Shown piece by piece: positions 30,314 to 40,104 of a stretch of DNA of 64,000 bases; the first letter of the stretch is position 1, and each line of letters starts with the position of its first letter. The stretch is from assembly GCA_964007735.1 (NCBI GenBank), contig CAXGAI010000011.1, forward strand, positions 62,001-126,000, written 5' to 3'. The position numbers and the translations under genes are program-made. Source of the DNA: an uncultured Rhodopirellula sp. (GTDB lineage: Bacteria; Planctomycetota; Planctomycetia; Pirellulales; Pirellulaceae). The notes beneath the pieces are model-generated. The model was not told where the DNA came from, made no database searches, and was given only the letters and a program-made list of their open reading frames with translations.

Positions 30314-31441
30314 CTATTTAAGTCCTTTAAGCCACTCCCAGACAACCCAGCCGACATGCGCCATTGAAATCGCTGAACATTTGTCCACAGTATCTTCCGT
30401 GGTATGCCAATAGGTCTCTCGCTTCTGCGGACTAGGGTAATCAAAATCAATCAGATCGATTGTGGGTATCTTCGCAATTTCGTTGAGCGGCAAATGATCA
30501 TCTCGAACTTCATGTCTGGCGCTGGGGCGTAACTCCGGAACACCAATTCGCTTCGCCGTTGCCCAGACCTGCTGCACAACTCGTGGAGCCATCCGTCGGG
30601 AATTGACCTCCTGATAAATTTGCAAGTCTGCATCCGCCACCATATCTAGCAGGATACCGGCCACGTACTTTTGTCTTTGCGACGTCGCTGCATACTCTCG
30701 TGCAAAGTGTGTTGAACCAAGAAAGAAAGGGTCTCGGGAACTATTATAGACCAACTCTTCACCATCAAATAAAACCATATCAACACCGAATTCACTTTCG
30801 AACTCTTCCATTTTTTCAGCCAGAGCGCAAAGAACTGCTACACCACTGCCACCATCGTTAGCGCCTACAAAAACCCCCCTGCGTTTGCCCGGGTCCGGGT
30901 CATTATCTGGAAAAGGACGTGTATCGTAATGAGCACACAACAAAATCCTACGAGTACGTTGAGGGTGCCAACGAATAATCATATTTGCCATATCGACGGT
31001 TTCAACACCTTGTTTGGAAATCGGATTTCGCACCCTAAATCGCTGATACTCAACTTTTCCACCGAGATTCGAGAAGTGCTTATCGAGGATTTGCTGCTGC
31101 TTCAACATCCCGACTGAACCACTCCATCGCGGGCCAATTCGGACCACTTCGTTGAGCATTTCCATACAAAGCCGGCCATCTATCGGTAATTGGTCTAAAT
31201 ATGCCTCATCCTGCTGTTTTGCATAATCTTGTAATTCATCGGAAGTTGTCAGTGCCATTAGTCTTTCACGCACTGCAGGAGTGAGCCTGCCTTGGCGAGT
31301 ATATTGCAGGATGATAGTTCGTCTAACGTTGGCTACCCCTTCATCAGCATCCGTCGTTTGCTCAACGCCGGGACAACCGGTCAGTGTCGCGAATAACAGA
31401 ATAACCAGGGACCAACTCAGCACTTCTTTAAACTTTCTCAC
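30314..31441 (-). CDS. M28-family lipoprotein, probable glutaminyl-peptide cyclotransferase
   Basis: Lipobox TLTGC; CAHYDTRP, GANDGGSG, FDGEE, LDMV, DDH, LID and YWHT motifs. Confidence 0.8.
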   Translation of the reverse strand: MRKFKEVLSWSLVILLFATLTGCPGVEQTTDADEGVANVRRTIILQYTRQGRLTPAVRERLMALTTSDELQDYAKQQDEAYLDQLPIDGRLCMEMLNEVVRIGPRWSGSVGMLKQQQILDKHFSNLGGKVEYQRFRVRNPISKQGVETVDMANMIIRWHPQRTRRILLCAHYDTRPFPDNDPDPGKRRGVFVGANDGGSGVAVLCALAEKMEEFESEFGVDMVLFDGEELVYNSSRDPFFLGSTHFAREYAATSQRQKYVAGILLDMVADADLQIYQEVNSRRMAPRVVQQVWATAKRIGVPELRPSARHEVRDDHLPLNEIAKIPTIDLIDFDYPSPQKRETYWHTTEDTVDKCSAISMAHVGWVVWEWLKGLK

Positions 31442-31622
31442 GTTTATCCACTCTCCGAAAAATACATTTCGATTACCCCATCATAGGTGATTCACATTAG
31501 TCAGGACAATTCCCCCGAAACTATTCCACCATTCAACAAACTCCCCTTGTTTCATGCCGCGGGATTTCTCTAGATTGAGATCATGCCAATTTGCCTTCCG
31601 TGTCACCAGTGGTTTACTCTCC

Positions 31623-32180
31623 ATGATTAATGTTTCGACCTTGTTACAGCACTGCGACAATCTTCAACATCGTCTTTCAGAGTGTCGTGAGCTACCTGAA
31701 TTCGACTGTAATACGATAGATCATCTCGTCTGCCAACAATATCACGACCATTGGAAGTCTCACACGGATTTAGACGATGGAAAATACTCGCGGAATCCTC
31801 AATACTGGATTGATAGAATTGACAGCTGGATTGGTGATCAACTTTTAGAGGCCGGTCTGACTCCCGATGAATCGCAACCCTTAAACACGGAAACTCCGGG
31901 AAGAGCATTTCAACGTCTCTGTGAATTGAAGTTTGAGCTGCAAAGATTAGAACAAGTTTGTGATTCACTCGATGTTTCGGCAGGAACTCGGCAGTCATTT
32001 CAGCAACGCTTAGCCGTTTGCATGCTGCAAATCGATGACATCACCAAATCACTACAATGTCTGGTTGACGCCATCTTCTGTGGCCACATAGGCCATCGAT
32101 CTTATCAACAGATCCACATGTACAATGATCCCCAAATGAACACCTATCTACGTCAGGCCGAGCGTCGCATGGCCGGCTAG
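31623..32180 (+). CDS. DUF4254-like protein
   Basis: IDRID, LNTETPG and YQQIHMYNDP motifs. The start is uncertain (ORF track 31554). Confidence 0.65.
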   Translation: MINVSTLLQHCDNLQHRLSECRELPEFDCNTIDHLVCQQYHDHWKSHTDLDDGKYSRNPQYWIDRIDSWIGDQLLEAGLTPDESQPLNTETPGRAFQRLCELKFELQRLEQVCDSLDVSAGTRQSFQQRLAVCMLQIDDITKSLQCLVDAIFCGHIGHRSYQQIHMYNDPQMNTYLRQAERRMAG

Positions 32181-32265
32181 CGTTTTTTAATCCCGAAGCA
32201 ATAGCATGTATTTTTTGCTAGAATAAGCAACTTAATAGTAACTCATTTCTGTCACTTGTTATTTT

Positions 32266-33651
32266 ATGCGATTACCCCCTCACCTATTATTGTCCATGAA
32301 GCTCACACTTGGTCTGACACTAGGCTTATGTATATTTCTTACCGGTGAGGGGATATCCAAAGCGCAATCAGACACCTCTGTGGATCAGTTGGTAAAGCAA
32401 CTTTCCAGTCGACGATTTATTGATCGCGAACGAGCAACTCTGATCCTCATCGATCAGGGCACCAACGTTATTCCGCTACTGCTGAAGCAACTAGAAGAAC
32501 AAAGCTTTGAAGGAATGACTAGGTCACTACACATCCTTTCCGAGCTGACGTTGTCAGACAAGCAGGGATTCAAAGCCAATGGTATTCCACGTCAGTCTTT
32601 GGAAAAGCTAGCTAACTCTCAGAACAATCGCATCGCTCGCCAAGCAACTTCTTCTTTGGATCGTATAAATGCGATTCGTGAAGGTGATGCTATTCGTGGG
32701 CTCACAAAGCTGGGGGCTCGATACAACCGTATCTATACACGTGTTGGAGCCGACTCTCGATATGTCCAGCAATTACATCTCGATAATGGGTGGCAGGGAG
32801 ACCCTGAGGATCTGTACATGCTACCGTGGGTTGCATCTGCTGAGGAGCTATTTATCGAGGAACTGGAAATCGACGAGCATTGGTTTGCTATTATTAGTCG
32901 CATGCGTCGACTGACATCATTAGTCATAAAGCGTTGTCCGTTAAACGATGACTCCGCAAAGTATATCGCAAAGCTAACAGCGTTGACGAATCTGGATATT
33001 CGATATTGCCCCATTACTGATGCAGGTTTTGCCCAACTACACCCGCTCAAGAAATTAGCCTATGTAAAGTTCTACGGAACGAATGGTACTAAGGAAGGTG
33101 CGGAGCGTTTGCAGCAGATTATCAAGGCTGAATTGGACTTTCGGCTGGGAGCATTTCTAGGTGTCGGGTGTCGTCAGCCTCCCGCAGCCTGTTATGTCGA
33201 AAGCGTGCAGCCAAATACCGGTGCCTTCAAAGCGGGGCTCATGGTTGGCGACATCATTACCGCATTTGACGACAGACCGGTAAAAGATTTCAACGATCTT
33301 CGTCGTATCATCAGTGGTCATCGTCCTGGCGATAAGTCAAAGGTGACCGTCACTCGTATTGGCATCCCACAAACCGGTGTTTTCAACAAGGGGTTGGATA
33401 CAGAGGTGAAAGTAACTGTCAAACCAAGTTTGGCTGGCGTGATTGTGGATGAGATCCCTGAAGATTGTCCACTATATCAAGCAGGATTGCGAAAGGGCTA
33501 TGTAATTATCAATATCAACGTAGCCGAAGTTAAAACCGCCGAAGAATTCAACAAAGTTATTAAGGATAGCCCGGCAGGCCCCATTCGATTTGTCTATTCG
33601 ACCAATGCCAAAGAATTAGTCATCCATGTCGAATTTGGTGAATGGGATTAA
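32266..33651 (+). CDS. Exported HEAT-like + leucine-rich repeat + tandem PDZ protein
   Basis: Signal peptide; LVKQLSS..FIDRERAT; LTNLDIRYCPITDAG; AFLGV...GAFKAGLMVGDII; second PDZ-like AGLRKGYVI. Confidence 0.8.
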   Translation: MRLPPHLLLSMKLTLGLTLGLCIFLTGEGISKAQSDTSVDQLVKQLSSRRFIDRERATLILIDQGTNVIPLLLKQLEEQSFEGMTRSLHILSELTLSDKQGFKANGIPRQSLEKLANSQNNRIARQATSSLDRINAIREGDAIRGLTKLGARYNRIYTRVGADSRYVQQLHLDNGWQGDPEDLYMLPWVASAEELFIEELEIDEHWFAIISRMRRLTSLVIKRCPLNDDSAKYIAKLTALTNLDIRYCPITDAGFAQLHPLKKLAYVKFYGTNGTKEGAERLQQIIKAELDFRLGAFLGVGCRQPPAACYVESVQPNTGAFKAGLMVGDIITAFDDRPVKDFNDLRRIISGHRPGDKSKVTVTRIGIPQTGVFNKGLDTEVKVTVKPSLAGVIVDEIPEDCPLYQAGLRKGYVIININVAEVKTAEEFNKVIKDSPAGPIRFVYSTNAKELVIHVEFGEWD

Positions 33652-33708
33652 CGTCGAGACTCAATAAGAACAAATAAAAAAGCCGTTGCCTTCTCCAGGA
33701 GAACAATC

Positions 33709-34455
33709 ATGTCCCCGATCAATCGACGCGATTTTGCAAAAACAACGGTAGGTACGTTAGTCACCTACTCTCTTCTCAATACGCTTTTTCGACAAGAGCT
33801 GTTTTCGGCTGAAATCAAACCTGTGGCAGCTCAATGGATCAAAGATATTGATGAACTGGGGAAAGACCTAAAAGGGGCAAAGCTTTCTCAACTCCAGTGG
33901 AAAGAGCAGTGTGAAAAACTGTTTGCTCAAGCTGACCTAAAAGACCTTATGAAATTCGTCGATTTCGGTGGGCGAATCTCCAGTACTCCGTTTCGTGAAA
34001 AAGGTGAACGTCCAATTCGTTTCAAATTTCCTGAGGTGGAAGGACTGCCAACCAATCTGATCTTCGGACATCAAATCTTCAAGCTCAAAAAGGGACAGAG
34101 TGTTGTGCCCCACGGGCATAACAATATGGCGACTGCCTTTTTAATCATGAAGGGTGAATTCCACGGTAAACATTATGACCGGTTGGAAGAATCAGACAGT
34201 CACATGATTATCAAGCCCACGATCGATGCCAAGTTTACGACCGGTGAGTGCTCCACCGTAACTCAAGTGAAAGACAATGTTCACTGGTTCAAAACGGAAT
34301 CAGACGAAGGATATATCTTCAACATTCACATCCTTGGGCTGAATGCGGGTTCAAGCGGCCGAGTTTATGTTGACCCTAAAGGGGAAAAGATTAGCGGGGG
34401 CCGTATTCGTGCTCGTAAAATTGGAGCCGCTGAAGCCACTAACCTCTATGGTTAA
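33709..34455 (+). CDS. Tat-signal cupin-fold protein (cysteine dioxygenase-like His triad)
   Basis: GGAG ribosome-binding site; NRRDF leader; VVPHGHNNM and DNVHWF. Confidence 0.65.
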   Translation: MSPINRRDFAKTTVGTLVTYSLLNTLFRQELFSAEIKPVAAQWIKDIDELGKDLKGAKLSQLQWKEQCEKLFAQADLKDLMKFVDFGGRISSTPFREKGERPIRFKFPEVEGLPTNLIFGHQIFKLKKGQSVVPHGHNNMATAFLIMKGEFHGKHYDRLEESDSHMIIKPTIDAKFTTGECSTVTQVKDNVHWFKTESDEGYIFNIHILGLNAGSSGRVYVDPKGEKISGGRIRARKIGAAEATNLYG

Positions 34456-34512
34456 ACAAAGATCTAATAATTCACTTAGTCATGCTCACCTTCATTCCTT
34501 TCGAGGAACCCA

Positions 34513-34908
34513 ATGAAAACTCTTGAATTAAACCATGTCGCCATCCATGTAGAAGATGTGGAACGGACCTGCGATTTCTATGCAAACGTTCTCCAACTGA
34601 CTCCGCTTCCCCGACCAGGATTCGATTTCCCCGGTGCCTGGTTCCTCCTTGGCGCCGTACAGGAACTACATATCATCGGTAACCGTGAAGAGGATGTGAA
34701 CGGACATCCACGAGGGAATCACTTTGCGTTAATGGTCGATGACATTGATGCATGGGAAGCCCATCTAGATTCATTAGAAGTTGAGCACTATCCGCGTCGC
34801 GTGCGTCCAGATGGAGCTCAGCAACTCTTCCTGCACGATCCTGATGGTCACACTATTGAACTCTGCGTTCCACCACCGGACGTAACTGAAGAAGCCGCAA
34901 GAGAATAA
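34513..34908 (+). CDS. VOC/glyoxalase family protein
   Basis: LNHVAIHV.D......FY, NHFAL.V and QLFLHDPDGHTIE. Confidence 0.9.
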   Translation: MKTLELNHVAIHVEDVERTCDFYANVLQLTPLPRPGFDFPGAWFLLGAVQELHIIGNREEDVNGHPRGNHFALMVDDIDAWEAHLDSLEVEHYPRRVRPDGAQQLFLHDPDGHTIELCVPPPDVTEEAARE

Positions 34909-34911
34909 ATT

Positions 34912-35721
34912 ATGGACTTAGAGTTAAAAAACAATGGCGTGTTGGTTGTGGGCGGAGCGAAAGGCATCGGACATGCCATTGCGCGACAATTTGCCCTTGA
35001 AGGCGCTGATGTCATTCTTGCTGACATCGACCCGCGTGTCCATCAAGCAGCTACCGCGATGGCTGACAATGCCTGTGGTAATATTCGCAGCGTGATTCTG
35101 GACGCAACCGACTATCAAGCTGTTAAGACACTAGCAGGTGAATTGAATGGGAAAGATAGCAATCTAAATCATATTGTGTATGCTGCCGGAGTGGGATCGA
35201 ACAAGTTTGGTTTTCCATTTTGGAAAATGGAGCCCTCTGATTGGCCGTTCGTGCTCGAAGTAAATCTCATGGGAGCAGTGAATGTTGCGCACGGGTTTGC
35301 CCCTCGCATGCAGAAGTGCGGAGCCGGAAGTATCCTATTTATTGCTTCGATTGCAGCCCAAATGGGCTCTCAAACCGATCCTCCCTATAGCGCCGCAAAG
35401 GCTGCCATCGTAAACTTCATGCAAGTGGTTGCCAAAGATTTTGCTCGCCATAACGTCCGAGCAAATGCTATCAGTCCAGGGATGATCCAGACGACACTCA
35501 ACAAGAGCGTGTGGGCAGCCTGGAACGAAAGACAGTCAGAAGAAGACAAACGCGATTATAAAGACTGGGCTGACGAGAAGATTTCGAAGATCTGTCCACT
35601 TGGCCGCTGGCAAGACCCCGACGACATCGGCAAAATGGCCGTATTCTTAGCCTCACAGGCTGCAAAAAATATCACCGGTCAGACAGTCAATGTCGACGGC
35701 GGGATTATTATGCATAGCTAA
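34912..35721 (+). CDS. Short-chain dehydrogenase/reductase
   Basis: GGAKGIG, catalytic Ser, YSAAK, VRANAISPG and ITGQTVNVDGG. Confidence 0.92.
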   Translation: MDLELKNNGVLVVGGAKGIGHAIARQFALEGADVILADIDPRVHQAATAMADNACGNIRSVILDATDYQAVKTLAGELNGKDSNLNHIVYAAGVGSNKFGFPFWKMEPSDWPFVLEVNLMGAVNVAHGFAPRMQKCGAGSILFIASIAAQMGSQTDPPYSAAKAAIVNFMQVVAKDFARHNVRANAISPGMIQTTLNKSVWAAWNERQSEEDKRDYKDWADEKISKICPLGRWQDPDDIGKMAVFLASQAAKNITGQTVNVDGGIIMHS

Positions 35722-35730
35722 ATAACAGCA

Positions 35731-37338
35731 TTATTCTTCAGTAGCCGGCAGAATCGTCAACCAAAAGCGATTACGCGTTAGAGTCGAGTTTTTAATCAGA
35801 TAGTGAGCTTCAATGCTCCCGCCTTCATAGGTACCAACAATCGTGACGGGCCCGGAAAAGGCCTGCGGATCTCCCTTAAGTACAAGCTGGACTTTTTTTG
35901 AAGAATCTCCAGAAGCTTCAGACTTTACTCCGATAGCCGAGAGGCCTTCAGGTAGCCCTTTAACCGAAACTTCCATCTCCTTATTAAATCCAGCTTCCCT
36001 TACGATCGTTAATGGAATCAGGAGATTTTCTTTACTCTTTAAGAGCTCCCCTCGGTCAACACTCATTGAAATCTTAGGGCGAGCAAGCTCGACGTCGATC
36101 CGGTAGGCAAATCTTGCACCACCTTCGCGATGAAGATCGCGGATCAACAACTGATAGCTACCATCTGCTGGAACTTTATAGCTAAATTCAGGATCTCGCT
36201 CATTACGGCTTTTGTCATCCAGCGTAAAAAGCACAACCCCATTAGCGTCCGCGATCTGGACATAAGGGTCTGTTGGAAATCCAATTCGGCGGGCAAACGC
36301 TTTTACTGAAAGGGACATATCTTTTTTAAGGTCATTCAGTTGCACTACGTGCTTTTCAGCTCTTTCATTCAACACTCCACTCAAGCTAACAGGAATTGTT
36401 GCCTCGACAATCGGCGCGTCCTTGCTTGGTTTGGGAACCGTAAGCACTGTTCCTTTAAACACCGGGATGGCAACCGTCCCTGGCACTCCGGGGATAGCCA
36501 GATGACCATTCGTTGCGACGGCCGCATCTAGCGACTCCCCGTCAAATCCCAAGCCCATTGGTTGAACCGAAGCTAAGTTAGCATTAAGACTGAGAGGAAG
36601 ACAGTAATCCAGAAACTTTTGCTTCGTTAATATCATCCGGTAGATATAGGTAGCAGCTGCAGAGAAGCCAATTGTGGAGTTAGGGGTCGTGGGGAAGGCG
36701 AAAAGTCGGATCTGGTAGATGCCGCCCCGCGTAGCGGTAAAAGAGACTTGTGGATCAAGGTTTCTCTCATCATCATTTTGAGCAACGACGAATCCTCGCG
36801 AGTCTGCGATCTGCACAATCCCATCCATCGGTGACCCGAGAACATTATTTGCAACAACCATGGCAGAAATCGTTTCGCCAGCGGCAAGCTTCACACCGAC
36901 AATATCTACGTCCCCTGATTCCTTGAGTTGACCATTTAGAACCATCGGAAGCCCGATGGTCTTCCATTCTCCTGGTTTGGCATTGGGCTCTTCTTCGTTT
37001 ATTTCCGGAACACTACCTACAAAAATTGGTACCAGGTTGCTTGCACCTTCACCGTCAAAAACCCGAAAGTAATATGGGCCGGCCGGTACTGTTTCGTTTA
37101 CAGCAATTTCCAACACACCGTCATCTTCTTTAGTTGTAATCGTAATGCCTTCTGGCAATTCACTATCGAGATTCACCGGCCATTTTGTCCATGTACCCGT
37201 TAATTTAATCCGTTTTGAAGTTCCCTTTTGTACACCAGCCGGAAAGCACGAAGTAATTGTGGGAGCAGCGGCAATAAGTTGCTGGACGCTTGAAGACAAA
37301 AGAACAGCTACAACGAGAAATCGAATCATAACGGTCAC
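35731..37338 (-). CDS. Exported PPC (pre-peptidase C-terminal)-domain protein typical of planctomycete DUF1549 loci
   Basis: PTITSCFPAG.Q.G, EEEPN, VLNGQL...GDVD, NDD...DP and IRDLH..GG..F.YRI. Confidence 0.75.
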   Translation of the reverse strand: MTVMIRFLVVAVLLSSSVQQLIAAAPTITSCFPAGVQKGTSKRIKLTGTWTKWPVNLDSELPEGITITTKEDDGVLEIAVNETVPAGPYYFRVFDGEGASNLVPIFVGSVPEINEEEPNAKPGEWKTIGLPMVLNGQLKESGDVDIVGVKLAAGETISAMVVANNVLGSPMDGIVQIADSRGFVVAQNDDERNLDPQVSFTATRGGIYQIRLFAFPTTPNSTIGFSAAATYIYRMILTKQKFLDYCLPLSLNANLASVQPMGLGFDGESLDAAVATNGHLAIPGVPGTVAIPVFKGTVLTVPKPSKDAPIVEATIPVSLSGVLNERAEKHVVQLNDLKKDMSLSVKAFARRIGFPTDPYVQIADANGVVLFTLDDKSRNERDPEFSYKVPADGSYQLLIRDLHREGGARFAYRIDVELARPKISMSVDRGELLKSKENLLIPLTIVREAGFNKEMEVSVKGLPEGLSAIGVKSEASGDSSKKVQLVLKGDPQAFSGPVTIVGTYEGGSIEAHYLIKNSTLTRNRFWLTILPATEE

Positions 37339-37348
37339 TCTTGTCCTC

Positions 37349-39805
37349 CTAGTCCTTTAGTGTGAATTCTGGTGTATTCATCAAAGCCCAGAGGATATAA
37401 GACGCCGCATTTTTAGGATTGTCTTTGTTTTCTTCGAAGATCTTCAGGCAGATTTCTAATTCTTCACCATCGGGCTCACGGCTGTAACAAAGCAAGTAGA
37501 TTTGCTTGGTAATCTCAGCGGGCCCAGCTTCCTGCTCACTGATCATTTTTGAAATCGAGTTAGAACTATTGGTCACTTTAGCGTGAAGTTCCGGTGAATT
37601 CATGAGGTGTAGAATTTGAGTAACGGTTGAGTCGGGAGTTCGTTCACAAGGCGGGTCCTGATTGGGGTCGGGGCGACCAAAGGTATCCAAAAACAGATTC
37701 GTGACACGATGAGTCCAAATTTGATTGGAACGCGAGCCATAGGCCATCGCCGCAAAGCTATTGGGCATCGCGGTGATATCAGAAATCGCATCCAGTAAAA
37801 CTTCGGCTCGCAGGCGGACCCGGTAATGACGCGAATAGTTACGAGTGTCAGCAACATTCCGTTCTGTCGGCTCTGAACTAAGTCCATATACATGTGATTT
37901 TGCAATGATGCCGATTAGCTTTTTGATGTCATATTTATTTTCAGCAAAGTACTTACCTAACGCTGCAAGGAGAGGTTCGTTGGTCGCCGGATTCGTGGCT
38001 CGCAAATCATCCACCGGTTCGACCAGCCCACGTCCCATCATGTCCGCCCAAACCCGATTCGCCATGACTTTTCCAAAGTAATCGTTTTCGCTGGAAACCA
38101 TCCAGTCAGCGAGTTTGCCTCGTATGGAATAGTCGCTTTCCAATTCTTCTTCAGTCAGTTCAACGGTGCCGTAGAGAGGTCTTGGCGAAAGGACCGCACC
38201 AGTCAGAGGGTGCGACACGCTTCCACTGGCTGCTTCCATGATGACTTCTTCCGAACCTGAGATTGGCGGAGACAGGCCCGTACCTTTTCGCCCAACGCGA
38301 GCAAAGAATGCGGCGAAAGAATAGAAATCTTCCTGACTCCATCTTTCAAATGGGTGATGGTGGCACTTCGCACAATCAAGACGAATACCTAGGAATAACT
38401 GACTGACGAGTGTCGTCACTTCGTCTGGTGAGCGGCGATCACGGAATAGCGTTGAAGCTCCGTTACGAAATGTTGAGCCTTCCGCCGTTACCAGACCGCG
38501 GACGAACTGATCGTAGGGACGGTTTTCTCTAAACGCTTCACGGATCCAATTGTCATAATTGAGTACGGCCTTAATTCCAACTCGATACGGGTTAGGACGT
38601 AAAAGATCCGTCCATTTATTCGCCCAATGGTCGGCATATTCGGGCTGTTCGAGCAACCAATCGACTAGTTTGTCCTGCTTATCCGGATTTGTGTCGTTGA
38701 CATATTGTTGTGCTTCTTGCGGAGTTGGCAACCTTCCAATGATATCAATGAACAGCCGGCGCACGATTTTAGAGTCAACGGCTGGTAAGGATGCTGTAAT
38801 ACCAAGAAGTTGGAGTTTATCCCAGACTTTATCGTCGATGAAATTGTTCCGGGGTAAATCGGCATAATACTGTTCAGGGACATCACCAGCCAAAGGGATA
38901 AGAACTCGACAGGTTGCAATAGCCCCCATAAAGCGAGCCATAATAGTAGCCTCCCCTGGAATTGGTCCCGACTTAATTACACCTAGGTCGGAGACACCTA
39001 CGACTACACTTTCGTTGGATTGGAAAGCACTTTGCCCGGTAACATCTCGTTGGGTTCCGTCGGAATAGGTGGCTAACACAACGAGTTGCTGAGTTTCCAT
39101 GGGGACCATGACGCGATCCGTCGGGAAAATCGCAACGCTCTCTAGAACAGGTTCATCTTGGATTTCCCGAGAAGCTCCCATTTCGATCCAACGCAGAACG
39201 GTCTGGTAGTCGTCACTATCATTAGGCAGCCGGATACCACCGCCATGCGGAACGTGCCCTGCTCCTTTTCTTAAGAGCAGGCTTTCCTGAGGAGAAGCTG
39301 GAAAAATGCGCCGGCCACGAGCTTCACGTGTGACTGCATTAAAGTCAAACTCCGAGTCAAATCCAAGAAGTGACAATTGAAAGCCATTCTGCCCACGAGC
39401 TTTCCCATGGCAAGCACCAGTACTACATCCCCGTGCTGCCAGAATAGGCTGGATATGCAACTCAAAACTAACTGGCCCCTCGAGCTCAAAATCGCTAACT
39501 GTAACGCGAAGTTCGCTTCGGAGCTCTCCGAGTTTGACTTGAATCGTGGTATTTCCGTTGGATCTGGGGCGAATAATACCTTCTTCAGAAACGCTGATAA
39601 TATTGGCATCTGCAATTGCAAATTCGATTTCACTGGTGACTTCGCGACTTTCGTCGGGGGCGTGCAAAACCACTACGATCCGCTGCAGATCTGTTGCATA
39701 ACGTAAGTCAACGTCCGTAGGAAATACCTCCAACTCGGCCGTCAGCCCGGATTGGGTAACACCGACGAATAAGAACAGTAAAACCAACAAACGCTTAACC
39801 AACAC
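37349..39805 (-). CDS. Ig-like (Big_2) + DUF1549 + DUF1553 protein
   Basis: GCSTGACHGKARGQNGFQLSLLG; YSDG..RDVT; CAKCHHHPFE; ANRVWADMMGRGLVEPVDD; FGRP...CER. Confidence 0.9.
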   Translation of the reverse strand: MLVKRLLVLLFLFVGVTQSGLTAELEVFPTDVDLRYATDLQRIVVVLHAPDESREVTSEIEFAIADANIISVSEEGIIRPRSNGNTTIQVKLGELRSELRVTVSDFELEGPVSFELHIQPILAARGCSTGACHGKARGQNGFQLSLLGFDSEFDFNAVTREARGRRIFPASPQESLLLRKGAGHVPHGGGIRLPNDSDDYQTVLRWIEMGASREIQDEPVLESVAIFPTDRVMVPMETQQLVVLATYSDGTQRDVTGQSAFQSNESVVVGVSDLGVIKSGPIPGEATIMARFMGAIATCRVLIPLAGDVPEQYYADLPRNNFIDDKVWDKLQLLGITASLPAVDSKIVRRLFIDIIGRLPTPQEAQQYVNDTNPDKQDKLVDWLLEQPEYADHWANKWTDLLRPNPYRVGIKAVLNYDNWIREAFRENRPYDQFVRGLVTAEGSTFRNGASTLFRDRRSPDEVTTLVSQLFLGIRLDCAKCHHHPFERWSQEDFYSFAAFFARVGRKGTGLSPPISGSEEVIMEAASGSVSHPLTGAVLSPRPLYGTVELTEEELESDYSIRGKLADWMVSSENDYFGKVMANRVWADMMGRGLVEPVDDLRATNPATNEPLLAALGKYFAENKYDIKKLIGIIAKSHVYGLSSEPTERNVADTRNYSRHYRVRLRAEVLLDAISDITAMPNSFAAMAYGSRSNQIWTHRVTNLFLDTFGRPDPNQDPPCERTPDSTVTQILHLMNSPELHAKVTNSSNSISKMISEQEAGPAEITKQIYLLCYSREPDGEELEICLKIFEENKDNPKNAASYILWALMNTPEFTLKD

Positions 39806-40104
39806 GTTCGAACTCCATCTTCTGCTAAAAGCTAAATACTATCTTTATTCTACCAAAACAGGGCAAATCAAGTACCATCCACTCAAATCTCTTTTGATAA
39901 TTCACTGCCTCATAGATACACAAACATTACATGTTGATGGATGGGGAATTGTCTTCAACATCGTCGTGAGCACGTGAGTGAATAATGCACACTCTTGCAC
40001 TCTTAGATTTTCCAAATTCTGGTTAGCTGCGAGAGCAAGCTTATTTGCGACAGGCATAGATCTATATACAATTGCTAGCAGATAAAGAATTACGGAGGTC
40101 TCCC

